From positions 1 to 63,464 of the IMG/VR virus record IMGVR_UViG_3300031140_000003: 63,464 bases of DNA; one strand, written 5' to 3'. Made by a program: the position numbers and the translations under genes. The notes under the pieces are model-generated. The model was given only the letters and a program-made list of their open reading frames with translations. It made no database searches and had not been told where the DNA came from. How positions within the stretch are numbered: the first letter of the stretch is position 1; every line of letters begins with the position of its first letter. Shown here in pieces: positions 9,623 to 18,685 of the stretch. Source of the stretch: a virus. Taxonomy: Duplodnaviria > Caudoviricetes.

Positions 9623-10552
9623 ATGCACGAGACTAATATTAAAAACATAATACTTAATGTTGATTCAGTATCTGAAGGATTAAATTCAACATGGGATATT
9701 AGAGGATGGATAGGTACTACTGAACCTAAAACAAAGGTAACATCCTTATTAATAGACGGAGAGCCTTTAGAAATATTATGGGAAAATAGATCAGACGTAT
9801 ATGATTATTACGAAGGAACTTTAGAGTTTTGTTCAGGTTTTAATATTTCAATTCCAAAAAGTAAAATAAACATGAATTTATGGATAGGTTTAAACGAATC
9901 TATCGTCGAATTCATCACATTAGGTAAATGGGTTGCCGCTAAATCAGGTTTCAATAAAATCAATAAGGACGCAATGGTCGTTGATAATTTTTATGCAGAT
10001 CCAGATTTAGTTAGAGAGTATGCTATGAATCATTTAGAGTTTGCTCCCTCAGGATATCATAAAGGACAGAGATCACAGACTAGATATATTTTAGATGGAA
10101 CTAAAGAAAAATTAGAAGAGGTCCTAGGAAAGAAGATAATCAACTGGAATTACGAAGAATACGCTAATGGCGTTTTTCAATTCTGTACTGCCGATCAACC
10201 TATTGTTTTTCATGTAGATTCTCAAATGTATGCTGGTATGGTTTATTTAACGCCCAATGCCCCACCTCAAACAGGGACTTCAACATATAAAAGTAAAGTC
10301 ACAGGATTTAATGCATTTCCAGGTTTAGAATCTAGGAAAGGTATTGAATATTATGAAAGCTTTAAAGGATCTAATAACGATATGAATTTCTATGACGGTA
10401 CTCAATTCGAAAAGATTGATGAAATAGGAAACGTATATAATAGACTGGTAATTTTTAACTCATCACAAATTCATGCAGCTACCGAATACTTCGGAGATGC
10501 TATAGATAATGCAAGATTCTTTCACATGTTCTTCTTTGACGTAGAACAATAA
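9623..10552 (+). CDS. 2OG-Fe(II) oxygenase-like protein (DUF6445-type) with N-terminal extra domain
   Basis: VVDNFYADPDLVR, HVD (HxD), GMVYLTP, NVYNRLVIF...H, R.F..FF. Confidence 0.75.
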   Translation: MHETNIKNIILNVDSVSEGLNSTWDIRGWIGTTEPKTKVTSLLIDGEPLEILWENRSDVYDYYEGTLEFCSGFNISIPKSKINMNLWIGLNESIVEFITLGKWVAAKSGFNKINKDAMVVDNFYADPDLVREYAMNHLEFAPSGYHKGQRSQTRYILDGTKEKLEEVLGKKIINWNYEEYANGVFQFCTADQPIVFHVDSQMYAGMVYLTPNAPPQTGTSTYKSKVTGFNAFPGLESRKGIEYYESFKGSNNDMNFYDGTQFEKIDEIGNVYNRLVIFNSSQIHAATEYFGDAIDNARFFHMFFFDVEQ

Positions 10553-10566
10553 AAATAACAATTTAA

Positions 10567-12447
10567 ATGAAAATTAATATAATTACAAGATGTACTAGAC
10601 CTGGTAATCTTTCAAAGATTAGCAATAGTGTATTTGACACATCAAGAACAAATGAGGTAGACATCCACTGGCATATAATGTTTGACTCAGGAGCTTTGAA
10701 AGATATAGATGCTGAAATTCTAGCAGATATAGATCAAGCAAATACAACATTACATTTTATAAAAGCTCAGAAAGATTATATGATGTACCCTGAAATGACA
10801 GATCTAATAAGACATGTTGTTGCGAAAACAACAGATCATTCAGGTTGGTTTTATGTACTAGATGATGATAATATAATGCACCATAATTTTTATCAAAAAA
10901 TTGAAGAAAACATGATGCTTCCTGAGAATTCTAATAAAGTAATGTATATTGTTTCTCAGCACGTTAATGGTAAGGATTTTACAAAATTAGATATTAGAAT
11001 TGCTGCTCCAGAATTTACCGGTCGCAAGAAGACTGATATGGGCCAGCTTTTATTTAGAGGAGATCTCTTCGATGAATACTGTTTCCCAACAGAAAATGCA
11101 TTCGATGCATATTCGGCAGATGGGATATTCTTAGATGCAGTTTATGGGGATCACCCTGAGAGATTTGTTTGGATTAATGAGGTTCTTTCACACTATAATT
11201 ACTTACAGAAAGAGGCAACCCCCAAACTGCCAAGGATCCTATATATAGGTGAAGGATCTCCGGATTTAAAAACAACAAAGCATCTAGAATACGAGTCCGA
11301 CGAATTAACAGTTAGATATGCAAAAGACGATAATAATATTAATATGATTCTAGCGGAATTCAAACCCGATTCTATAATAACAATAGGAGATAGTTTTGAA
11401 GATTTTCCGAATTTAGCAGCAATGCCTCTTCAATTTAGAAGAAAGTGGATGAATATCAACAATAATAATAACATATCTGATTTTGGAAACATTGCATATA
11501 AGGTTTCAGAAAATGCAATGTTAGATCCAAACAATATGGATGACCATGATTTAATATCATTCACGACTCCAATTTATAACATCGGAGAAAATCTATGGAA
11601 AACATATGAATCAGTCGCAAGACAGACTTATGCTAATTGGGAATGGGTATTAATGAATGATTCAACCGATGGTGGTAAAACATTAAAGGTTGCTGAAGAA
11701 ATTGCAAAACATGACCCAAGGGTTAAAGTTTATGATTTCAGAGAAAAATCAGGAGGAGTTATTGGTGAAGTGAAATGGAGAGCAAATTCAATGTCAAGAG
11801 GATATATTATTGCCGAACTAGATCATGATGATTTATTAGTAGAATCATGCGCTGAAGATTTACATAAAGCGGCACAGAAGCACCCTGAATGCGGATTCTT
11901 CTATGGAGATACTGCTGAAGTTACTGAAGAATGGGAAAACAATATGTATGGGCCTGGATTCGCACTAGGATACGGTAATTATAGAAAGGAAGAATATAAA
12001 GGTAGGATGTTGACTCCAGCGAATCAACAGAACATTAACCCAAAAACAATAAGACATATTGTTGGAGTTCCTAATCATATTAGAGCATGGCGAAGATCTA
12101 CTTATTTTGAAATCGGAGGACATAACAGGAGTTTGACTGTTGTTGATGATTATGAATTAATAGTTAGAACATTCTTAAAAACAATAATGTGTAAGATACC
12201 TAAATTAAGTTATATTCAATTCTTATATAGTAATGAAGGTCACAGGAACACGCATGATTTATCTAGAGCAGATATTCAAAGAAGAACTAGGACAATTGCT
12301 GACTATTATAATATACAAATAAAGGAACGTTTTGAGGAACTCGGAATCCATGACTGGGCATATGAGGAGAATCCAAACTATCCGATACACGCAGAATCCC
12401 GATTCGGAAAAGAAGAAGGTGTTGCTAATATAACATATCAAGAATAA
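10567..12447 (+). CDS. Two-domain GT-A/GT2 glycosyltransferase
   Basis: N-domain YVLDDDN; C-domain TPIYN...SVARQTYANWEWVLMNDSTD...ELDHDD...IGGH...DDYEL. Confidence 0.85.
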   Translation: MKINIITRCTRPGNLSKISNSVFDTSRTNEVDIHWHIMFDSGALKDIDAEILADIDQANTTLHFIKAQKDYMMYPEMTDLIRHVVAKTTDHSGWFYVLDDDNIMHHNFYQKIEENMMLPENSNKVMYIVSQHVNGKDFTKLDIRIAAPEFTGRKKTDMGQLLFRGDLFDEYCFPTENAFDAYSADGIFLDAVYGDHPERFVWINEVLSHYNYLQKEATPKLPRILYIGEGSPDLKTTKHLEYESDELTVRYAKDDNNINMILAEFKPDSIITIGDSFEDFPNLAAMPLQFRRKWMNINNNNNISDFGNIAYKVSENAMLDPNNMDDHDLISFTTPIYNIGENLWKTYESVARQTYANWEWVLMNDSTDGGKTLKVAEEIAKHDPRVKVYDFREKSGGVIGEVKWRANSMSRGYIIAELDHDDLLVESCAEDLHKAAQKHPECGFFYGDTAEVTEEWENNMYGPGFALGYGNYRKEEYKGRMLTPANQQNINPKTIRHIVGVPNHIRAWRRSTYFEIGGHNRSLTVVDDYELIVRTFLKTIMCKIPKLSYIQFLYSNEGHRNTHDLSRADIQRRTRTIADYYNIQIKERFEELGIHDWAYEENPNYPIHAESRFGKEEGVANITYQE

Positions 12448-13037
12448 TGAGCTATCCATACGACGCAAAGCAAAATGAAGCAATATCACACTACTGGTTT
12501 GCAGAGGGTTTTTCATCTGAGGAACTCAAATTAATAGAAGACGGTGTTGCTGTATTACCATATATGAGGGGGACTGTTCATTCAAAAAATGCGCATGATA
12601 GAAAATCCAATATAAAATGGATTCCAAATCACTCAGAATGGGATTGGCTTTATTATAAATTAATGAGATTCGCTGATATTGCTAATGAGGAAATGTGGAA
12701 GTTTGATTTGAAATCCGCCGGCGAATTAATACAATATACTGAATATGATTCTGATGAGTTAGGTAAATATGACTGGCATCAAGATATTGGATTAGGGGAC
12801 ACTTCTTCCAGGAAAATATCAATAACAGTACAGTTATCAGATTCAAACGAATATGAAGGTGGAGATCTTTGTTTCTGGCAAGGAGGACCTTCTCTAGAGG
12901 AGAATAATATAATAGCTCCTAGAGGAAAAGGGAATGTTGTATTGTTTCCTAGCTACATCGTCCACTCGGTTAAACCAGTTACTAAAGGAACTAGAAAATC
13001 ATTTGTCCTATGGTTAGGAGGAGGACATTATAAATAA
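12447..13037 (+). CDS. 2OG-Fe(II) oxygenase, prolyl-4-hydroxylase/PKHD-like
   Basis: YDWHQD, RKISITVQLSD..YEGGDL, VLFPSY..HSVKPVTKGTRKS.VLW. Confidence 0.88.
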   Translation: MSYPYDAKQNEAISHYWFAEGFSSEELKLIEDGVAVLPYMRGTVHSKNAHDRKSNIKWIPNHSEWDWLYYKLMRFADIANEEMWKFDLKSAGELIQYTEYDSDELGKYDWHQDIGLGDTSSRKISITVQLSDSNEYEGGDLCFWQGGPSLEENNIIAPRGKGNVVLFPSYIVHSVKPVTKGTRKSFVLWLGGGHYK

Positions 13038-13041
13038 AAAT

Positions 13042-13275
13042 ATGGGATATCCGAACATGAATTGTATGAATATTATAATGTATGTCCATCATATGGAGGT
13101 AGATGCTTTGTTCGATTTCATCAATGGAAGAACAAAAATACTACCTGAATATTGGATTAATCCTAAAGATTTACCAGGTAGCGTTACTGGCGGTTTTCTA
13201 GAGGTTGCCGTAAATTATGAGGTTTATACAAGGATACGTGAGGTAAGGGAACATTCTTCTTGGATTAATTTATAA
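13042..13275 (+). CDS. Hypothetical protein
   Basis: ORF track; tightly packed after the oxygenase. Confidence 0.6.
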   Translation: MGYPNMNCMNIIMYVHHMEVDALFDFINGRTKILPEYWINPKDLPGSVTGGFLEVAVNYEVYTRIREVREHSSWINL

Positions 13276-13300
13276 ACCTTTTCACATTGCTGTGTATAAT
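13274..13300 (+). promoter_or_regulatory. AAAC-N17-TATAAT promoter
   Basis: Repeated motif with exact spacing. Confidence 0.6.
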
Positions 13301-13306
13301 ACCTAT

Positions 13307-13552
13307 ATGGCAAAGAAACAACTACAAAGAAAAATCACAGTAAAGTCTCCTAAGATGGGAGGAACTTATTATTTCAGATTTGCAGGATCCGTTCTACAGG
13401 GTACTATTATAGACAAATGTGAAAGTTTACGAAAACACTACAACGAAAAATATTATACATTCCTATCAGACGGTACTACTAAAGGAATATTCAACAAATA
13501 TCCCGTGTCAATCCGTGACATAGGATCAAACATTAATGACGTAAAATATTAA
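13307..13552 (+). CDS. Hypothetical protein (start moved to ATG 13307)
   Basis: The track's GTG start at 13292 lies inside the promoter motif. Confidence 0.6.
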   Translation: MAKKQLQRKITVKSPKMGGTYYFRFAGSVLQGTIIDKCESLRKHYNEKYYTFLSDGTTKGIFNKYPVSIRDIGSNINDVKY

Positions 13553-13554
13553 AT

Positions 13555-14280
13555 ATGTATAATTCAAGCGAACTAAAGGGAATGTTATTTATTGATATAG
13601 AAACATGCTCACAACATAAAACTCTTGCAGATTTAAAAAATAATGCACATGAAGGTCTATATGATCTTTGGGTAAAGAAAGCGGAAAGTATTCGTAAATT
13701 CGAAGAAGGTAATGATGATTTAGATGATTCTGTTCTTTACGAAAAATGTGCAAGTATTCATGCTGAATTTGGAAAGATTAATACAATTTCAATAGGTCAA
13801 ATTGCGTTTGATGAGAATGGGATCCCTTTTGATTCTAAAATCAAATCGTTTTATGGAGAAGACGAACATACTTTATTAGAGGAATTTAATAATACTATGA
13901 GAGCGGTCTTCGCTAAGAATCCTAATGTAAAATTAATTGGACATAATATAAAGAAGTTTGATATGCCATGGATTGTTAAAAGATCCCTGATCAACGGACT
14001 TATAGTACCTCACCAATTCCACTTCCAAAAACAAAAACCATGGGAAAACTGTCTATTAGATACCTATGAGATCTGGAAGTTTGGAGGATATAATAGCTCA
14101 TCACTTGATTTGATTTGTAATCTATTTAATATACCGTCACCTAAAGATGCAATGAAAAACTATGAGGTTTCTATGCATTATTGGAATGGCAATATAGAGA
14201 ACATTATGAAGTACTGTGAAGGAGATGTTAGAGCAACAATGAATGTTATGTTAAAAATGTCTAATATGGATATTATTTAA
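13555..14280 (+). CDS. DEDD 3'-5' exonuclease (PolB exonuclease-like)
   Basis: FIDIET, GHNIKKFDMP, LLDT, YCEGDV. Confidence 0.85.
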   Translation: MYNSSELKGMLFIDIETCSQHKTLADLKNNAHEGLYDLWVKKAESIRKFEEGNDDLDDSVLYEKCASIHAEFGKINTISIGQIAFDENGIPFDSKIKSFYGEDEHTLLEEFNNTMRAVFAKNPNVKLIGHNIKKFDMPWIVKRSLINGLIVPHQFHFQKQKPWENCLLDTYEIWKFGGYNSSSLDLICNLFNIPSPKDAMKNYEVSMHYWNGNIENIMKYCEGDVRATMNVMLKMSNMDII

Positions 14281-14306
14281 AAATAAATGAAAGTTTTTTC
14301 ACCAGG

Positions 14307-14355
14307 ATTTTTTTATATCAATTAAAAGTGTTATATTTACTTATAACTAATAAAC
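14307..14355 (+). promoter_or_regulatory. Conserved putative early promoter, copy 1
   Basis: TTTTTTATATCA..TAAAAGTGTTATATTTACTTATAACTAATAAAC; four copies in the window. Confidence 0.75.
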
Positions 14356-14363
14356 AACAAAAT

Positions 14364-14624
14364 ATGGAATTCGAACATGACGATTACGAAGAATTTGAAA
14401 ACGTAACACCTAGTACCGAAGAGCTAGAACACTTGGTTAACCTCAAGGACCGCCTTGCACGTGCGAACTACGAAGCTATAATCAAACATGGAATTGACAC
14501 GGATAAAACAGGTGATCCCGATATGATTCTGAGCATTATAAAAGAAACATTGTTTTACTTTCAGGAATTGGAAGAATATGAGAAATGTGCCAGGTTAAAA
14601 AAAGAGATAGAATTGTTTCAATAA
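14364..14624 (+). CDS. Small protein with C-terminal UVR-like EEYEKC motif (start moved to ATG 14364)
   Basis: YFQELEEYEKCARLKKEI. Confidence 0.7.
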   Translation: MEFEHDDYEEFENVTPSTEELEHLVNLKDRLARANYEAIIKHGIDTDKTGDPDMILSIIKETLFYFQELEEYEKCARLKKEIELFQ

Positions 14625-14647
14625 CATTTTAAGATATATAGTACATC

Positions 14648-14821
14648 ATGACAGAAGAACAAGTAGAAAGAATCGCAGTAGCATTAGAAAGCATCGCCCA
14701 ATTAATGGACAATGCACAGAAGAGAGATATTAATTTTAAGAGAAATCAAATTAAAGAATCTAACAAATCTAAGAAGCCTGCTAAAATACAAAGACCAGCT
14801 CCAACTAAAAAAGACAAATAG
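14648..14821 (+). CDS. Small basic hypothetical protein (57 aa), missing from the track
   Basis: MTEEQVERIAVALESIAQLMDNAQKRD...KKDK-TAG; follows GATATATA and abuts dnaJ. Confidence 0.65.
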   Translation: MTEEQVERIAVALESIAQLMDNAQKRDINFKRNQIKESNKSKKPAKIQRPAPTKKDK

Positions 14822-14823
14822 TA

Positions 14824-15615
14824 ATGGACTACTATGAGATTCTTGGAGTAAAGCAAGGGGCAACGCAAGTTGACATTAAAAAAGCATACAGAAACCTTGT
14901 AAAAATACATCACCCTGATGTAGGAGGATCTGAGGATAAATTTAAAAGCATATCACAAGCATATGATACTTTAAATGATTCTCAAAAAAAACAAGCATAC
15001 GACCATGCTAATAGTAAACAACATACTAGATTTGACAGTTTTTTTAATAATTTTGAAGGAGACTTTTCAAATATGTTCAATGATGCCTTTAACCAGAATG
15101 CAAAAGGGCAAGATATTACTATTAGAATTAGATTAACACTTGAAGAAGTATTTCATGGAACATCGAAATATATAGATACTGGAGAGAACAAATTCAATAT
15201 TAAAATACCAAAGGGAATACATGAAGGTGCTAGATTAAAATTAAGAGGGAAAGGAGCATCGCATCCTGTAAATTCCTCAGCACAAAGGGGAGATGTTATT
15301 CTAATAATGAATATAATGCCTGACCATGAAATGATTGTAACTAACAATGATATTTGGTTAGATTACAACATACCATTTTATGATATGCTACTTGGAGGAG
15401 ATTTTGAAGTGAAGACTAAAGTTAACAGTGTTAGGATAAAGGTCCCTAAGAACTCATTTGATGGTAAAATACTGAGAATAGTTGGGATGGGATTCCCGAT
15501 ATATAATACTAATAAGTATGGTAACCTAATGGTGAAGTTAAGAGCATCAAACGTTACATTAAACGAAAAGCAATTAGAATACGTTCAAAAAATTAAAGAG
15601 TTAGAAAATGCATGA
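14824..15615 (+). CDS. dnaJ: DnaJ/CbpA-type co-chaperone
   Basis: DYYEILGV...KKAYR...HPD J-domain plus DnaJ C-terminal domain; no Zn finger. Confidence 0.92.
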   Translation: MDYYEILGVKQGATQVDIKKAYRNLVKIHHPDVGGSEDKFKSISQAYDTLNDSQKKQAYDHANSKQHTRFDSFFNNFEGDFSNMFNDAFNQNAKGQDITIRIRLTLEEVFHGTSKYIDTGENKFNIKIPKGIHEGARLKLRGKGASHPVNSSAQRGDVILIMNIMPDHEMIVTNNDIWLDYNIPFYDMLLGGDFEVKTKVNSVRIKVPKNSFDGKILRIVGMGFPIYNTNKYGNLMVKLRASNVTLNEKQLEYVQKIKELENA

Positions 15616-15856
15616 TCTAGATGATACATACGACGATTCAAATCATATCGAGAACCTAAGAGAAGGTTCTAAAGCGACTATGATGAATATGATATACAAT
15701 GCAGTGATTAATGACGAAGATCGTGCAATCAAAAGTAGTACAGATACTGTTGAGAAAATAGAGGCACTAACTAACATATTAAATTTCTTCAAAGGATGTG
15801 AAGAATATGAAAAATGTTCTAATATTAAAAAAATCATTGATAGAATACAATGTTAA
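15608..15856 (+). CDS. Small protein with EEYEKC motif
   Basis: FFKGCEEYEKCSNIKKII. Confidence 0.7.
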   Translation: MHDLDDTYDDSNHIENLREGSKATMMNMIYNAVINDEDRAIKSSTDTVEKIEALTNILNFFKGCEEYEKCSNIKKIIDRIQC

Positions 15857-16038
15857 TAATCAAAGTAGAAAAAGGAAATATAGAAAAGGCTTTAAAGTCA
15901 TTCAAATATAAAGTAAATAAAACTGGGCAAACTAAAGATCTCAGAAAAGGCAAAGAATTCTCCAAGCCGTCCGTTCTAAATCGTAAAAAAATGCAGAAAG
16001 CAAAATACGTAGAACACAAATTTAACAAACAAGAATAG
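15850..16038 (+). CDS. rpsU: Ribosomal protein bS21, Bacteroidota-type
   Basis: MLIIKV...IEKALK.FK.K..KTG...LR...F.KPSV..R....KA.Y. Confidence 0.88.
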   Translation: MLIIKVEKGNIEKALKSFKYKVNKTGQTKDLRKGKEFSKPSVLNRKKMQKAKYVEHKFNKQE

Positions 16039-16147
16039 CATTTGATAATATAATATCATTATACTTTTTTTCATATTATGGTAGTATCTTCGGGTACCTC
16101 CTAATATATAAAACTATAGTGGCAGAGTAGAAAAATAAAACAATCAA

Positions 16148-16405
16148 ATGAAAGATATTCTAGGAGAAGACAGAGACTCTTTAATGAGATCTTCGTATTA
16201 TACAATAACACGTAATTTCACAAAAACTGTGAACCGATTTGTCGTTTTCAAAGAAGGAAATGATATTATCGAGATACCTCATGGTATCGGGCAAAGAAGC
16301 GAATTCTTAGATATATTAGTTCAATATTTCGAAGGACTTGAAGAGTATGAGAAGTGTGACAAATTAATGAAATTGAAAGAACTTGTTACAATGGCAGGGG
16401 ATTAA
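16148..16405 (+). CDS. Small protein with EEYEKC motif
   Basis: YFEGLEEYEKCDKLMKL. Confidence 0.7.
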   Translation: MKDILGEDRDSLMRSSYYTITRNFTKTVNRFVVFKEGNDIIEIPHGIGQRSEFLDILVQYFEGLEEYEKCDKLMKLKELVTMAGD

Positions 16406-16425
16406 ACATAATAACTATATAATAT

Positions 16426-17142
16426 ATGAAGAAGAATTCTGAAAACACAAACGGCAACGATAACAACAGAATCAACCGAAGTAGAGTAATTATTAAACCA
16501 ACAGATATAACAGCACAATTACGACAAACTCAAAAAGCGTATTTACAAAACATACTAGAGAATGATATAACATTCTGTACGGGCCCAGCAGGGACTTCAA
16601 AAACATTTACCGCATGCTATGCTGCTCTAAAGCTATTTGCAGATGGTAAAATCAAAAACATTATTTTATGTAAGCCTATCCAAGAGGCTGGCGAAAGTTT
16701 AGGATTTCTTCCAGGTGATATCAGTGAAAAGATAGATCCTTATATGCAATCTTATATCTCTAACTTAATTAAAATAGTTGGAGTAACTTTAACAGAACAA
16801 TTAGTACAATCCGAAATTATACAATTTAAACCTTTAGCATTTATGAGAGGGGACACTTATGATGACGCCCTCATGATACTTGATGAGGCTCAGAATGCAA
16901 CATTTAAACAGTTAATGTTATTTGTTACAAGAATGGGAAAGACATCTAAAGTGATTATAACAGGGGATGTTAGTCAATATGATATTTCTAAAAAGACGGC
17001 AGGTCTAGAACCGTTTACTGAATTAATGGAAGGTATCAGAGGAATAGGACACCATAAATTTACCCAAAAAGACATAGTAAGGGCTAAAATACTTATTGAT
17101 GTAGTTAAAAGATACGATAAGTGGAAATTAGACAATGAATAA
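16426..17142 (+). CDS. phoH: PhoH-like ATPase
   Basis: GPAGTSKT, LGFLPGD, PLAFMRG, ILDEAQN, TGDVSQ. Confidence 0.93.
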   Translation: MKKNSENTNGNDNNRINRSRVIIKPTDITAQLRQTQKAYLQNILENDITFCTGPAGTSKTFTACYAALKLFADGKIKNIILCKPIQEAGESLGFLPGDISEKIDPYMQSYISNLIKIVGVTLTEQLVQSEIIQFKPLAFMRGDTYDDALMILDEAQNATFKQLMLFVTRMGKTSKVIITGDVSQYDISKKTAGLEPFTELMEGIRGIGHHKFTQKDIVRAKILIDVVKRYDKWKLDNE

Positions 17143-17144
17143 GT

Positions 17145-17171
17145 AAACTATTCCAGATATTTGAGTATAAT
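17145..17171 (+). promoter_or_regulatory. AAAC-N17-TATAAT promoter
   Basis: Repeated motif with exact spacing. Confidence 0.6.
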
Positions 17172-17189
17172 ATCTAAATAATCATTCAT

Positions 17190-17828
17190 ATGTCTAAACA
17201 GATTTTACTTAAAGGCTCTCATAATAACGATAGAACAATTATCGAAGTTGGCCTTGACGAAGCAGGAAGAGGAGCATTATCAGGTCCAGTTACAGTAGCT
17301 GCTTGTATAATGCCCCATAACTTCCAACACCCATTAATTAAAGATTCAAAACTACTTAACGAAAAGGAACGAAAACTAGCACGTGAAATCGTTTTAGATA
17401 ATGCTATTGCATTCCATGTAGAACATGTTGATGTTGAATATATTGAAAACACTAATATTCTTAGAGCTACTTTAGAAGGGATGCGAAGATGCCTTGCTAG
17501 TTTAGATAAAAACAATAATCCGTTTGATTTTATATTAGTAGACGGCGACGTATTTCATGGATTTGATGGAAGACCATTTGAAACAGTTATAGGTGGAGAT
17601 AATAAATACACATCAATTGCAGCTGCTTCTATTCTTGCAAAAACAGGAAGAGATAGTTTAATGAAGGAACTTAGTGAAAAAGAAGAGTTTATGATTTATG
17701 GCTGGAATTCTAATAAAGGATATGGAACCAAACAACATATTACTGCAATTAGAGAATCAGGCCCTAATGAACACCATCGTGATAGCTTTATTTCTCATCT
17801 ATTAACTACAACAGGAGAGTTGTTTTAA
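17190..17828 (+). CDS. rnhB: Ribonuclease HII
   Basis: GLDEAGRGALSGPV, DSKLL, LVDG, SIAAASILAK, NKGYGT..H. Confidence 0.93.
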   Translation: MSKQILLKGSHNNDRTIIEVGLDEAGRGALSGPVTVAACIMPHNFQHPLIKDSKLLNEKERKLAREIVLDNAIAFHVEHVDVEYIENTNILRATLEGMRRCLASLDKNNNPFDFILVDGDVFHGFDGRPFETVIGGDNKYTSIAAASILAKTGRDSLMKELSEKEEFMIYGWNSNKGYGTKQHITAIRESGPNEHHRDSFISHLLTTTGELF

Positions 17829-18172
17829 TGAGAGGATTATTAACAGGGGTTGGTTTATTCGTATTGGGACAAGCTTTAATCTGGATTCAAACAAATGGCC
17901 AGTTTATATGGCCATGGTTCAGGAAAAATACATTTATTCTTGCAATTACTGGAGGAACTATCATAAGTTATATGTTTATATACGCTACTCGATATATTGC
18001 AGAATATTATGACGGGTCTATATGGCCAGGGAGATTTATAGGATTTGCATGTGGTATTGTAACATTCACATCTCTTACTTATATATTAATGAATGAGGGA
18101 ATTACAACAAAAACCCTAATATGTTTAGTGCTAGCATTTAGCATATTATGTGTACAATTATTTTGGAAATAA
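17828..18172 (+). CDS. Small multi-pass membrane protein (about 4 TM)
   Basis: Four hydrophobic segments. Confidence 0.7.
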   Translation: MRGLLTGVGLFVLGQALIWIQTNGQFIWPWFRKNTFILAITGGTIISYMFIYATRYIAEYYDGSIWPGRFIGFACGIVTFTSLTYILMNEGITTKTLICLVLAFSILCVQLFWK

Positions 18173-18195
18173 GATTGGCTGCCAGTCGATTAATC

Positions 18196-18217
18196 AGGGA
18201 CTTCGGTCCCTTTTTTT
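18196..18217 (+). terminator. Terminator with C(UUCG)G tetraloop
   Basis: AGGGAC-TTCG-GTCCCT plus T-run. Confidence 0.9.
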
Positions 18218-18225
18218 ATGCAGTC

Positions 18226-18248
18226 TTATCTATAATGATTATAAATAA
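18226..18248. promoter_or_regulatory. Dyad-symmetric 7-1-7 operator-like site (Fur/PerR-box-like)
   Basis: TTATCTATAAT-G-ATTATAAATAA. Confidence 0.4.
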
Positions 18249-18266
18249 CAAAAATATAGTCCTAGG

Positions 18267-18313
18267 ATTTTCGTATATCATATAAAATGATTATATTTAC
18301 TTATAACTAATAA
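18267..18313 (+). promoter_or_regulatory. Conserved putative early promoter, copy 2
   Basis: TTATATTTACTTATAACTAATAA; core is 32 nt before ATG. Confidence 0.7.
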
Positions 18314-18323
18314 CAATCATATT

Positions 18324-18674
18324 ATGCAAAATTACTTAAACACCAAATTACAAGCTATTAAATTAGTTGAAACTACATCAAAAACACAAAAGAAAAATGG
18401 AACTAGATGTTTCAGTGATGTTCTTATGAATGTTAATTATTTAAGTTATGCATCTGGATACGTTAGAAGATCTTATACTCATACATCATATTATACTAAA
18501 AGCAAACAACGCGTAATTTATCAATTAAATAAACAAAAGTTGGTAAAATCAGAGTATGGTAACTATATGAATACTACAAGAGTATTAGAACATAACCCTG
18601 ATATAAGATTAGAAATTATTATTAAGTCAGTTGCTAATTACCGCAACAATAAAAATCTTATGTATCTAAAATAA
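18324..18674 (+). CDS. Hypothetical basic protein
   Basis: ORF directly after the conserved promoter. Confidence 0.7.
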   Translation: MQNYLNTKLQAIKLVETTSKTQKKNGTRCFSDVLMNVNYLSYASGYVRRSYTHTSYYTKSKQRVIYQLNKQKLVKSEYGNYMNTTRVLEHNPDIRLEIIIKSVANYRNNKNLMYLK

Positions 18675-18685
18675 ACAGATTTATA

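Noticed and set aside
9623-13037. Oxygenases and GT as a DNA hypermodification (TET/JBP-type) cassette
   Set aside because: Not excluded but disfavoured: the motifs resemble P4H/DUF6445 rather than TET/JBP, and the neighbours are collagens rather than nucleotide-modification genes.
18173-18187. Tiny inverted repeat GATTGG-CTG-CCAGTC
   Set aside because: Too short and weak to assign a function.
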